A stretch of 64,000 nt of DNA from Selaginella moellendorffii (taxonomy: Eukaryota > Plantae > Lycopodiophyta), in contig NW_003314294.1 of NCBI RefSeq assembly GCF_000143415.4, forward strand, positions 1,552,014-1,616,013, written 5' to 3'. Each line of letters opens with the position of its first letter. Within the stretch, counting starts at the first letter, position 1. A model generated the notes under the pieces. The model had not been told where the DNA came from. It did not search any database and worked only from the letters and a program-made list of their open reading frames with translations. The position numbers and the translations under genes were made by a program. Shown here one piece after another: positions 50,726 through 64,000 of this stretch.

Positions 50726-51399
50726 TAAATAGATTAGCAAACTTTTATATTAAATAAACAGTTATGAATTTTTAAAACATAACATGTTAGAAGGATTTAT
50801 GATATTGTATTATTACTTTTTTTAAAAAATAATAATTTCTAAAAGAAAAATTATTCAATAATTACTAAATACTTTTAAATAATTGTATATGAAAATTTAA
50901 AAGTTTTAAATTCTATATTCTTCCAAATGTAAATTAAAAAAATTATTTATTTAAATATTCTTACTTTAATAATTTTTATTATTAAAATAATTATATGTTA
51001 CAAATTAAATTATTACTATAATTATAATTATAAATTATAAATTTAATACTAGAATATATAATTTCGAAATATTTCTAGCTCTTTCTTTAATACTAACTAA
51101 AAAGATTAATGAAGAAGCTTCTAGTGTTGCCTTTACCAAAATTTCACTAGTGTATATATTTATATACCATTTATGAGTGTATAGAATATAGAGATGGAAG
51201 ATATGAGGTTAGGTGCATAGCTATAATATTGTATATTAATATAAGTGTTATAAGATTTTGATAAATATTTGATTGCTTTTGTATATGGGTTAATCTAAAA
51301 TTTTTTTTTTTTTTAAACCCCCCTCTTGAAAAGATGGAAAGCAATTAGGGTCTTATGGTTAATGGGTCAGGAGTAACATCAAAAGGAGGATTTATAGGT

Positions 51400-53300
51400 G
51401 GTTTAACTTGTTCTTAATCCCTTTGTACAAACTACTTCAACCACTTTAGATACACAATTTCTAGAGGATCAACTTATTGAATGATGTGTCAAATTTTATA
51501 AACTTGTAGTCCAACTTGTTGCAACATTCAATATAGTGCCTTCCATTGAGCAAAAAGCCTTATAGACAAAACACATATTATAAGAAACTAATATTAAATT
51601 ATCTACTTTATTCCTTGTAACTGAAAGTTGTAACACCACTATTGTCCTATTTGTATGTAGCCCAAGTCTTTGATAGACTCCACTCAAACTAGTGAAAGAA
51701 TGCTTATTTAATACTGATCAAAGAATTTAACATTAGCAATTTATGACAATTGCAATATTAAACTCAACTCCATTAACAATATCAAATTGTGACCAAATAA
51801 GAGTTTATATATTGAAGCATTAATGGAACTTTTACCCCTATAACATATATAAACCAAAGACATGGCAAATAATCATCTTAGTTTGAATGTTAAAACTTCA
51901 TATACTTTGTAATTATCCTTTTGAACGTATAAACAAAACATTCACCCAAACCATCCATCTATTGATCATAAACACTTGCGAAAGTGTGGTATATCCCCAA
52001 CTAAGACATCAAGAAGTGAAATACTTCACCCATAAATATGAAACCATTATTTGAGAGAATCTTCTTTAGACAATAATGTTGGAACACCATAGGAAGTATT
52101 TAACAATAGTCGTAAATGCACTAGTAAAATTACCAACTTCCACCCATTGAATCAAGTAGTCAAAAGCAATAATGATGTACTCATTGTCAACAGTTGACTG
52201 TGGAAAGAGCCCTAGATCAAATGTTATTAGCTCAAATAGATAAAAAATTACAATTAACTCTAATTGTCCTTTCACAGCACAAGGGTGAGTATTATAAACA
52301 TGGCACCAAATATATCTATGCATATATCAGATAAATTATGTTGCATCTCTAGCTTCTCAATCACATGGCAATGTCTTATATATTTGCCTAGAATAGAAGA
52401 GTCAAAGTAAAAGAGGAAAAAGTATGAAATAAAGATCAAAGGCACCACTAACCATAAATAGTAATTAGATTCAATCCCCACAAAATAAAGAATATCATTC
52501 TTAAGGCAATATTGAGAATGTAAATATTAAAATAGTAAACCATCAATAAGTGATGCATGATTCTCAAACCCATCAGCATGTTTTGGAATTTAGGGCTTAA
52601 CTTTTTAAGCCTCACAAACTTCATCAAAAGAAGGTAAATCTAACTTTACATCTTATAAACACTAAATATTACTAATGGTATAACATTCTCATCTAGAAAA
52701 TTCACTAATGTTAAAACAATAAACTTGTTAAGAACATAAGAAAAGAGCAAAGAAGGGAGAGGAGCTCAAAATAGTGTATTAGCATTAGTCATAGACTCCC
52801 TAAGTGATAAACAACCTTAAAGTTATATATCTAAAACTATAAAACCCACCAAGCAATACAATAAACTAAGTTACTCTACTTTAATAATGAAGTGATTGCC
52901 ATATAATCACCAACATTCAAGAACCATGTAAATATGTATGAAGCTTCTTAAAACCTTAAAGTATTGCTAAACACTTTTTTATTGTGGAGTAGTTCACTTT
53001 CTAGTTGCATTATATAGCTGATATATACAAAAGGATGACATTGACAAAATTGTTGCATAGGGATGCTAACCTTAAATTGGTTTAGCATTTGGAGTAGGAT
53101 AAATAAGGTGTTAGATCAGCTATGTGAAATTGGTTTGAAACTAAAGTGGTTAAAATGCATGTTCCATTGCCCCAATAGCAGTTCAGTCAATGTTCTTAAA
53201 CTGGAATATTTGTATAACAAAGAAAAAGTATCTAGTAGCAATTTAAGGTTTAGGGACACTGACCAAAATGCTATTGAGGTAATGGAATAGGCATTTTGAC
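51400..53300 (-). pseudogene. Very old AT-rich Gypsy integrase relic
   Basis: FDLGLFPQSTVDNEYIIIAFDYLIQWVE resembles the integrase D..GP.P.S..GN.YI.VA.DY..KWVE motif. Confidence 0.5.
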
Positions 53301-56300
53301 CACTTTAGCTTCAAACTAAGTTCTTGTAGCTTATTCCTCCTATATTCCCTCTTAGTGGATCAAGACATCATAAATAAAATCTATAGTCATCTTTGGCATA
53401 TTGTAAAGAATCTCATTCATTATTTACTAAAATGTTGCTAGAGTGCTATTCAATTCAAACGGCATTGCCAAAACTAAACTAAATAGGGTACGAAGTTGGT
53501 CTTGAGAATATCTTCCTCAACCATCAACATTTGTGTAGCACACCTAAATTTGAAGTCAAACTTTAAGCCTATTGCTCTACAAAATGAGGGTTTGATACAC
53601 ACTCAATATCCTTTATGAGTATTGACTTTCTATATCTAGCTTTTGCATGCAAAATGTTGTCAAATAATATTTGACACAATTTTAGCATACTAGTGGCCTA
53701 ACACAAGGAGAAGGGCACCCCACCAATTAGAGCAGCATGGCAACCACTATTCCTACTATACATTTGGAAACCTATCTCCACCCCCCCATCCATCTATACA
53801 CTTTTCATAAATAGCTAATAGGACCAAATGAAATCAATACAAGAGTAAGGGTGTCTTGGTAGATATAGTAAGTTACCATTTAGCACAGAAGTTTAGCTAT
53901 CTATAAAAACTGGCTGACAAGTCACAATAAGGATTGGCTAACAAGTCTTTTGATACCCGAAGTCACATTTATAACAATTTTCCTGTACCTAGAAGCAAGA
54001 TCAAATTTGGTGAACTAACAACTTTACCCTAAACAATCTAAAAGATTAACATTATAGGGAAAAGGGTATACATTTGATATTGTTACATCATTTAACAAAT
54101 AATAGTCAATGTTGAAGTAAATACTTTTATTAAGATTTATCACAAAATGAAGTTCATATGCCTAAGGACTTTGAGACATTTAGATAACACCTTTCTCCAA
54201 CATCTTTTGGACATTTATTAGTAAAATATTGATCTCCTTTAGTGATAGATGCTAAATAGAAATCTTAATTAGAGTATCACTAACTAGAATAGGATGACAT
54301 GTTGCAATCTTGGCCCTAAATAACAAGTCAAAATCAAATAAATTGGCATACTTCTGTTTAAGTTGGTCAACCACCACAGCATAAAGACTATTTGAAGGAT
54401 CTGGAAAGGGAATAAATAACAAGAAAAAAACATAGTAGGAAGTAATGGGGAAATAAAATTGATGGAAAAAGTAAAAACAAAAGTACCAAGTGAAATAGAA
54501 GTGAAAAGAATATAAGAGATATGAAAGAGTATGAGAGAAGGAAAAAAAACCTCAAAGTAACATTTGGCATGATTATATTGCAATTAATCTATACCAAAGA
54601 TGAGGTTAAAAGCTTAACTACAATGCTTGAAGCTCAAGTTCAAAATCACCCATATATACAATTAGGTCTGTTTCATCTTATACACACACATGTATATAGT
54701 TATTGCTATAGAGAATGAAGACTAACTTTGCCACATGATACAAGGTAAATATGGAAACAAATTGAGCTTAAGATAAATTCAAATCTATATCAACCAATAT
54801 GAAAAGGATAATAATGGGCTTATTGTTATAAAATTAAAGTTGAAAAATAAATATTAAATGAAGTGGTGCTAAGTAAACCCTTTTGATGGTATTCCTAAAA
54901 GAAGAATAAGGGACATTAATTTATTTGCCCAAGGTCCCGCTACTATTTGTATGACTCCTTATTTCTCAAAAAAATCTCAATGTAAAGAACTTCTACTACA
55001 AAAACACTAATAGGATATAATTGATATCAAAGTCACCACTCATGAAATGAAGGATGCCAATATGGTAAATGTTAATAATGTTAATATTTATGGCCAAACT
55101 CATCTTATGCATTGCAATAAACATTATAGTCCACATCCTTGTCCTATCTTTGAATATAGGTAGTAGTAGCATTGAAATAAGATCATTTCCCACAGGAAGT
55201 GAAGTTAAAACACATATAGCTACAAGTGAAAAAGATGATATCTCATAGTGTTGTGTTAGTTAAAGAACATCAAAGGTGGTTGAGCCAAATGTATGTACAA
55301 GTCCTATAAGATTTTAATGAAATGAGCCATAATATACCCAACTTGATTGGCTCCAACATATTTGGCTGTGCATGAAGCAAGAAACTCTAAAAACAAATAT
55401 GAAATTGCATAATTGACTTAGATAGCCTTTGACAGAGATAATACAATTGCTAAAAGGCATCATCATGGTTGCCAATATGTCAAAATGTATACTTAAAGAC
55501 CTTTGAGAGAAGGCTCCAACCACACGAGTGGCTATGTTCAAACTATTTTACTATTGCAATGCTATCCCTTGGAGATATATAGGGAATTTATGCATCCCAA
55601 GAATGATATATAGCAATCATTGTAAAGTGATTAAACTAATGGTACACATCATCCCTAAGATTCCCACAAAATAAATTCAGCTGGATGCAAGGATTAATAG
55701 CAAGAATAAAAGGAATTGCATCACATGTCATAAATGCTATTATCAATTGAGTTTAATTGGTCAACTACAACTATATAACATTAAGTAATTGCACTAATTG
55801 TTACTTCAAAGTCAAAAGAGGAGTATATTATTCTACCATAAAGAAAAAAGAAAATGAAAAACAAAAGAGAAGAAATGAAAAAACCATAGGAATTAAAGAA
55901 GATTTAGACAATGCAAAAGTTAAATCTAAACAAAAAGCACAATTATTATTCTTTAGGGACAATTAAAGTTGTGAGTTCATGGAATATAAAAATGAACATG
56001 CATATTAGATTAGCCCAAAAGCCCTAGGTTATATATAGGAGCGAGTGGTTTGCATTGCCCCATAGAGACTACAATAATATTAAGAGTGCACTCTTAGAGA
56101 TACTAGTGAAACCACAAACATGAACCCCTGACACTACCCATGGGCCATCTGCCTCCTAGGTGACTCCACTGTGAAACTTGAAGCCATCTACTACACTTTG
56201 TGACATGTGAAACTGCCACGAAACACTGTAGGAATGGAGCTTCACATCCTCCTACAATGGCACAATGAGAGATTTGCCATGGATCTAGAGATCTTGCTCA

Positions 56301-57017
56301 CCCTAGTTGTGGTGGCAGCTAGGGTCTGCAAGCTTTGCAATTTGGGGCTTTTGGTTCTAGGGGGGAATTGAGTTTTGGGAATGATTGAGGCGAGGAAGAA
56401 GGACATTGCTAGCATCACTAGTCCTTTATTAACTTTGCCGGAGTGGCTATAACAAAGGATAGGCTTGTTTTCTCCTCTTTTGGCTTAGTTTTCACTCTTT
56501 TTCTTAATTTGACTTCACGGCTGACATCTAGGGAGTGGTCAGAAGCACTCCTCAGCAATGCTTCAATCTGATCTGGGATCTAGGAGATTTGGATGACCCT
56601 AGCTTGTGCTCTAGAATTAGGGCAGCTAGGGTTAGGGTTCCCCTGTTCCCTTACCTCTAGGGCTGGTTTAGAATTAACAACTTATGGTTAAATTTATTTG
56701 TTCCCCAAAGGTGATCTCAACACTAAAGGTATTACTACTGTACCAACCTCTTACACCAAAGCTATATTTGTTCTTATGGTTTCAATGCTTATACCACACA
56801 AACTTGTAAAGGATCAAACTCATGATCAAAGAGGTAGTGAGGGTGGTGACATGGATTAAGGCTTGTGAGGTAGCAAAGCTATATCATATGTAGGGGGAGT
56901 GAGGGTTAGGCCAAGCCTCACCCCACCCTTTAGAGACTTTGTGTTTAACAGCATTTCTTAGAGTATGCTTTAGAGTAGAGTATTTTGTTGCTTGCAAGAA
57001 TCTTGAGTGTGGCTTAG

Positions 57018-60000
57018 TGTAAGTGACTAATTTTTCCATTCTACTTTAGTCACTTAACCACACCTCCAACCACTTGGAGGAGTCTCATTCATAACTTCCA
57101 TAAGTCCCATTCAGGACTTGGGGCTTGCTAGCCCCGAGAATGGCATCCATGCCACTCAAACTTTGCACTTGGTCCAAGTGCTCCATGTGTCCAGTCCTAT
57201 GACTGACACCCCAAGGCACCACCAACATACCAGCCCGTTATGCTAGGCCATGCCCATTCACCTTGGTCACATTGGTGGTCCAACACCACCTGCATTGCAA
57301 TCTCGTCTCTCCAAGACTGGGCCATCCGTCCATGAATGGTCATCCTAGATCCACTCCTTAGCATCCTTAGGATGCCCACAGACATGGGGAATAACCTTCC
57401 CCAATATCTCCTTTTCGGTCCCCACCAAGTCCCTTTTTCTCCTTGGCCGTATTTGCCAACATTGCCACTGAATCAAGCCTATGGGCCCAACCACTAAGTC
57501 TCACTGTCCTCTAAGACTTCCTCACCGTGTGACTGTGTCCTTGGTCACCACACCAGAGGGCTACTCCTCTTCCTTTCCACAGTCTAGGACTTTGGGACAA
57601 CATTTCGGAACACTGTGGCTCTACGTCATGGGTACTCTCCCCGCCTTCCACCTTTAGGTGCTCTAGCCATGGGCTTAGAGCAAGGTTCCGTTGAGCCACA
57701 CTAGGTATCCAAGTAGGTAGTGCCACCCACACTTGGACTGGGAGCATCGACTAGTTAATCTCCCGGGGGAACTAGAGTTGGCTCTTGAACACTTTACCAA
57801 ACTACCCCGCTTGTCGGTCCGTGTTCACTCTAGTCTTAGACATCCTAGTGGGCAGCTCATCACCCAACACTGGGTACAGCCTTCCTGGGCTAAACTGGCC
57901 TTTCCTGGCCCACTACAATCCTCCCCCTACTATACTTTTAGAGCTCACCAAACCCCCCAGGGTCTGGGAGACAAACACTTTGGGCTTTCACCCTCTTAGA
58001 CTCGGATTCGGACTCGGACTCGGACTCGGACTCGGACTTGGGCTTGGGCTCGGTCTCGGCCTCGACCTTGGTCTCGGTCTCGGTCTCGGTCTCAGTCTTG
58101 GTCTTGGTCCCGGTCTCGGTCCCGGTCTCGGTCTCGGTCTTGATTTCGGACTCCATCTCGGACTCCATCTTGTACTCCATCTCGGGTCCATCTCGGACTC
58201 CATCTCGGACTACATCTCAGACTCCATCTCGGGTCCATCTCGGACTCCATCTCGGGTCCATCTCAGACTCCATCTCGGGTCCGTCTCGGACTCAATCTTG
58301 GATCCATCTCGGGTCCACCTCGGACTCCACCTCAGACTCCATCTCGGACTCCACTTCGGGTCCATCTCGGACTCCACTTCGGGTCCATCTCGGACTCCAT
58401 CTCGTGTCTGTCTCAAACTCAATCTCAGATCCATCTCGGGTCCACCTCGGACTCCACCTCAAACTCCATCTCGGGGTCCTTCTCGGACTCCATTTCGGAC
58501 TCCACTTTGGACTCCAACTCGGGTCCATCTCGGACACTTCCAAATGTTATGTGTTAGTCCTTTTGGGTCCCTTTTTGGGGCCTCACTTATTGCTCGCTTC
58601 GTGCTCGTTCCTTGAGCACTTTGTTGGGAGTTCCACTCCCACTCTTGACCTTTCAAGTCGGAGCTTTTAGTCCAAACGTGTTACGCTTGTTTTGTTTTCG
58701 CTTCGGCCACCACCTCATGGCACCCTTCCGGCTCCACTTTGGGGCCTAGGGATTTTGTGTCTCACAACTCCACCACCCATAGACAAAGTTTGATGTCCTC
58801 ATCAAACGATAAACTATTTTATAAAGTAATACCAACTTGTATTACCATTTTCATCCTTGGCCCCTCGCCAATATTTGTCAATGGTTTGATATTGAAGGCT
58901 CACCATGCCTTCCCCATCCTCTAAGGAGTATAGTCTCTCCAACTTAGAGACTGATTAGACCACTTGTGGTGGTTCTCTCCTTTTACTGGTTTAGTTCTTG
59001 CTAAATCTGTTAGAGACACCATCTCTATCTGAATCCCACTACTCCTTCTCGAGTAGTTTTAGTTTACATCGTTATAAGCTTTGCACTTTGGAACTTTCAC
59101 TTTTGACTTCTTTAAGTCAATTTCCTAGGTGTTTCCAATACCTTGCATTGCACATATTGTGCAACTCCACTTCCCCATCCTAGGAAGTTCTCTACTTGAG
59201 GGCACCACTGTCCTCTCTTCTATTTTGTGCCACCTTGGGCACTAAGTTCCAGTTATCATAATTTGTGCTAGGGTTGTTTATGGCCCTATTATTTGGCTAC
59301 CTTATCGCTCCTTGCCTTGGAGCTTCCGCTTTCACCAAATTGGAGCAATTAAGAATCCATCCTTGGAAACACATTGTCTTTCTCACAATTGGTTAACACC
59401 CAACACATTAGTGTTCTTGGCCTAATTTTGCCTTTTTGGATTCTTTCCCCTGATTCCCATGGCTCTTTTCTTAGCCACTAGTCTTTTGCTCCTATCCGTG
59501 ATTGTTGCACCCAACAACATAGAATTACTACTTCCATTTTCGAGGTATCCTTTTGGTTCCATAGCAAACACTTTGTTTTGCCAAGTCCAAAGGGTGTTAA
59601 CCCCTAGTATGTCTCTTTAACATTTTCTGCTGTGGGCTCTATCCAAGGCCTAAGTTTTGAGACCCTCCTTTGGATCTTTTATAGAGACTACTTTCCTCAG
59701 ACTTACTATGCCATCGCATTGACATTCTTAGGTGTTCTTCCCACTTGGTCACCTTGACCAAGCCACTATCATCAATAGTTCAAATCAACACTTTTGAACT
59801 AGGAACTTTATCCCATAACCTCACAAGGACCTTATCCTTGTTTTAGCCATAAGACCACTTAGTGATCTAACCTTGGCACTTTAACAGGTTTGCCAATAGG
59901 TACTAGGTCTTCCAGACCTTTAAGTTGTTGACCATGACCCCGGGGGCATCCCCCACACTTGGCAGTGCACCCAAGCCAGCCCTTCCAGCCAAGGGTCCAT

Positions 60001-63000
60001 AGCAGCTAAGACTGGGTGTCCCCATCTCATTCACCACGTCCTTAGTGCCACTTGCACCAAAGTGTTCAAGTTGGATATGCCGAGCTTTCACGCTGAGCAA
60101 TCTAACCATGTATCACAACTTTGAGGCATCCCTCGCTTGGCAGTGTGCCCAAACCAGTCTCCTCACTGAGAGTCCATGACCACCAAAAAATAAGTGTCCT
60201 CATATTCCAAACCATCACCACGCCCTAGTGATTTGGGACTCAAACCCAAGCACTAAAGGGTCGGGACTCGAACCCAACCTCCGTATATGCATCTATGGAT
60301 GGCATCGCACAGGATGCCTGGCGTGACCCCCACACCGATGCACCAATATGTACTTCAAGTGCACTACAAATCACAGCTTAGGAACCTAGTTCCTCCGCAC
60401 TGCCAAGTCCTCTCGCTTGACAAGTCTGTGATCTTGCATGGACTCCTCCATGCTCGGCCCCATGGCCCACCTTTTTTGAAGTTATCACCTTCAACTAGGG
60501 TATTTGTTCCCCCAACTTGCCAATCTCGCTTGGCAAGTCCTCCGACCACTGTAACATGGTTCCTGCATAAGCGTGAAAGTCCTTGACCATTGACTTTTGT
60601 TCAAAGCCCTCTCTTTGAACACTCGGGAACTACTTCCCCAACCTTGATAGTCTCACCTCATAGCTAATTTCAAGACCACACTTCTGCTGCGCCACTCTGA
60701 TTTCGCGTGCTCTAAGAACCATTTACACTTGGCTTTCTAGGTACTTATCTACCTAGAATTGTCTTCGGGAACCTTCAAGGAACTCTTGTTTCTTAGCTCG
60801 CTAAGGTTTCTCCTTTGCAAGCTCCCTAGTCACTATATGGTTTAACATGAATAATTTCACATTTTAGACTCTCCATGGCATTGCGGTTGCTAGTAACAAC
60901 ATCTTCGAGCACCCTCTTGATTCTCCACTCCCAACTTGTATAACCGCCCTCGGTTATCCCCGTCGATTCTTATGGTTTGGTTCCATCCCTTTACTACTTT
61001 GTTTTTTGGCCTCATATGTTTCCTTCAATTATTCTCCTCCAGACTAAGAGGATAGCTTTGCACTTTCTACCATGCCTTAACAAGTATTCATAGGGATGAA
61101 CCTACCCGATAGCCTCGAGAGTGGTTCCTCAATCCAAGTATGCTCACCTTGTAATCCCACACACCGGAATTAACGTTGCTACTCATGGGCCTTTATATGC
61201 CCATGATTAACCTTGCCAAAATCCCTTTTTGGCTTTGTCCAATTTGGGTAGACGGACTTCTCCCGTCTCTGCAACCTTGGACATTTGGATAGCACCTCCT
61301 ATCCATCATTCACTAGGGACTTTGTCCTTTGAGCATTATCCATTACCCCCTCTTGGTGTTCTAGAGTGCTTGGGTGTCCCAATGATGGCTTCTTTGACAA
61401 TGAGCATTTCCTTTTACGACATTGACTTACTATATCACAACATAAACAACTTATCCCCGATAAGGGTATGTTTCACTTTAAGAAGTCTTGGGTAGCTACC
61501 TTCTACCCGTTTAACCAATTATCTTGCACCTCCTACTTAGTTGCCTCATAGTTGTCAAGTCCTACAACTCATTGCTGGTGCTTCCACACCTCCATCATTA
61601 TCTGAGTCACCACACTCTACCACATGCCTTCCAGCTTAGGCTATGCCATTCCTATTTCCATTGGGATTCCCTTGGCAAGGGGTTCTCATAAACCCATCAA
61701 CATAACCTGAAGGTATCACACCTTAGCCTATTTGGTGTCTCCACACCATCGGCTACATGAGTTTGCCTTTATGACACTTTGCACTTGTATCTAGGTCTTT
61801 GCCAAGACCAACCAAGTCGTTTCTCATGCCAACTATCCGTTAGCACTACACCATAATGTTCGCACACAACTCTGCACCAAAGTTACTTCTTCTGGGAACA
61901 CCTTTCCCACAACTTTAGTATGGCACATTCTACCACCCATGAAATACCCACTGTTCTCATACTTAGATCTTATGATCCTCCCCATCCTTCGTGGGGCATA
62001 ACACACTTCAATCCAAATGTTTCCATCAGTCCTTTAAGACCAATTCTTGACTCCACTTAAGTCATTCAGCCAAGTTGTAAGCGACTAATTTTTCCATTCT
62101 ACTTTAGTCACTTAACTGCACCTCCAACCACTTGGAGGAGTCTTATTCACAACCTCCATAAGTCCCATTCAGGACTTAGGGCTTGCTAGCCCCGAGAATG
62201 GCATCCCTGCCACTCAACCTTTGCACTTGGTCCAAGTGCTCCATATGTCCAGTCCCATGACTAACACCCCAAGGCACCACCAACATACCAGCCCATTATG
62301 CTAGGCCATGCCCATTCATCTTGGTCACATCGGTGGTCCAACACCACCTACATTGCAATCCCGTCTCTCCAAGACTGGGCCATCCGTCCATGAATGGTCA
62401 TCCCAGATCCACTCTTTAGCATCCTTAGGATGCCCACAGACATGGGGAATAGCCTTCCCTAATATCTCCTTTTTGGTCCCCACCAAGTCCTTTTTTCTCC
62501 TTGGCCGTGTTCGCTAACATTGCCACTGGATCAAGCCCATGGGCCCGACCACTAAGTCTCACTGTCCTCTAAGACTTCCTCACCGTGTGACTGTGTCCTT
62601 GGTCACCACACCAGAGGGCTACTCCTCTTCCTTTCCACAGTCTAGGACTTTGGGACAACATTTCGGAATACCGTGGCCCTACATGGGCCTCATGGGTACT
62701 CTCCCCGCCTTCCGCCTTTAGGTGCTCTAGCCATGGGCTTAGAGCAAGGTTCCATTGAGCCACACCAAGTATCCAAATAGGTAGTGCCACCCACACTTGG
62801 ACTAGGAGCATCGGCCAGTCGATTTCTCGGGGGAACTAGAGCCAGCTCTTGAACACTTTACCAAGCTACCCTACTTGTCGGTCCGTGTTCATTTTAGTCT
62901 TGGACATCCCAATGGGCAGCTCATCACCCAACACTGGGTACAGCCTTCCTGGGCCAAACTGGCCTTTCCTGGCCAAACTGGCTCCACTACAGTCCTCCCC

Positions 63001-64000
63001 CTACTATACTTTTGGAGCTCACCAAACCCCCCAGAGTTTGTGTCGCGAATGTGACTTCGGGTATCGAAAGATACTTGTCGGCCAGTCGTTACGGGCACTC
63101 TTTCCATACTACCGTGACGGCAGGAGATCGGTACAATTGGATCCCTTTAGTAGCCCCTCTTGTGCTAGTGGAGTTAACTGGGCATTTCAAGTGTATTTAG
63201 ACCGGATGAGCATAAGGACGGAATTCCTACGTGCTATTAGCTAAGCATACTTAGCCCGGTAAGGAGTTCCCGTCTCGTTTTGTCTTGCACTTGCTAGTAA
63301 CAAGAACCCTCGCTTATTGAGACTAGTCCCTCAATATCGCTAGATGATAGCTTACCGTGTCTGCCAAACACCCTCGCTATCACACTCTTTGTGTTGGTCT
63401 CATTTCGGTCCCAAATACTATTTATGGAAAGTGTCTAGATTAACTCATTTGGCATATCTACGGAATGTAGAGATTGGCCCGAATACAATGGTGTTCGTCC
63501 CGTGTCCAAATTCGCAATCTAGTGCCATTCCATATTTAGTAAGTTTCAAGCTTGTCCCAGAGACTAACTCCTGATACTAAGGGAGGCTTGGGGTGAAAGC
63601 CCAAAGTGTGTGTTCCTCAAGGGGGGGGGGGGGCTATGGAGGGTTCCAAATGTATAGTAGGGATAGTGGTTGGAATGCATGTCCGACCACCTGAGACATT
63701 AATTTGGCTCCCGCTGGGTTGTGTCGCTCCTTGTTCTGCATCCGGCTTGGGTCTAAGCCCAAGCTCCACGCTGCTCTAGTCAGTGGAGTACCCTCCTTCT
63801 CGCATTAGGCCACCGGTATGCCAAAATTGTGCCAGACTCCATCTGACACCATTTTGCGTGCAGGTGCTGGATATGGGGAGCTGGTGCTCGTGGGATTGTA
63901 CCAGACCCTTGTTTCGTAGTGCAACGGGCTTGGAGTTCAGCTCCAAATTCAGGTGCGCTACAGTTTGGGAGACGAATGCTTTGGGCTTTCACCCTCTCAG
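57018..64000 (-). mobile_element. Family B LTR element, copy 2 (runs off the window)
   Basis: LTR 57018-58766 with satellite ~58000-58535; interior 58767-62075 is colinear with 26666-30095 but lacks the PBS-proximal ~700 bp; second LTR from 62076. Confidence 0.85.
63041..63962 (+). mobile_element. Family A-related solo LTR (922 bp) inserted in a family B LTR
   Basis: TG...CA ends; TSD GTTTG (63036-63040 / 63963-63967); homologous to ~23480-24127 and 4270-4591. Confidence 0.85.

Overview
Eukaryotic, non-seed land plant-like DNA (TTTAGGG tracts, 47-57 nt GT-AG introns, PSPG-box UGT, MiAMP1-like peptide; a lycophyte such as Selaginella is a guess). It is almost entirely nested transposable elements. 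The standout is an apparently intact 13,090-bp DNA transposon (5590-18679). It has 24-bp TIRs and a 4-bp ATCT target duplication, and it splits the gag frame of a chromoviral Gypsy element. It carries two divergent genes. One is a Sola-like DDD transposase with two N-terminal SH3-like repeats. The other is a single 11-exon, ~1626-aa gene that I reconstructed by hand: ParB/Srx-like domain, degenerate beta-class DNA-methyltransferase-like region, basic/acidic linker, and HAD/FCP1-like phosphatase domain. About 25 copies of a 22-bp palindrome (ATGGCRTG-N6-CAYGCCAT) are scattered through the whole element, including introns and coding exons; I saw none outside it. This resembles a self-encoded protein/operator system (parS-like or VANC-like anti-silencing), which is inference. 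Other content: 5S-rRNA-bearing Cassandra-like TRIMs, two copies of an LTR element with satellite-containing 1.5-1.7 kb LTRs, a complete 778-bp TRIM, a solo LTR, LINE/Copia/Gypsy/hAT relics, a few host gene fragments, and a very AT-rich decayed zone. All domain calls are by-eye motif recognition, not database hits.
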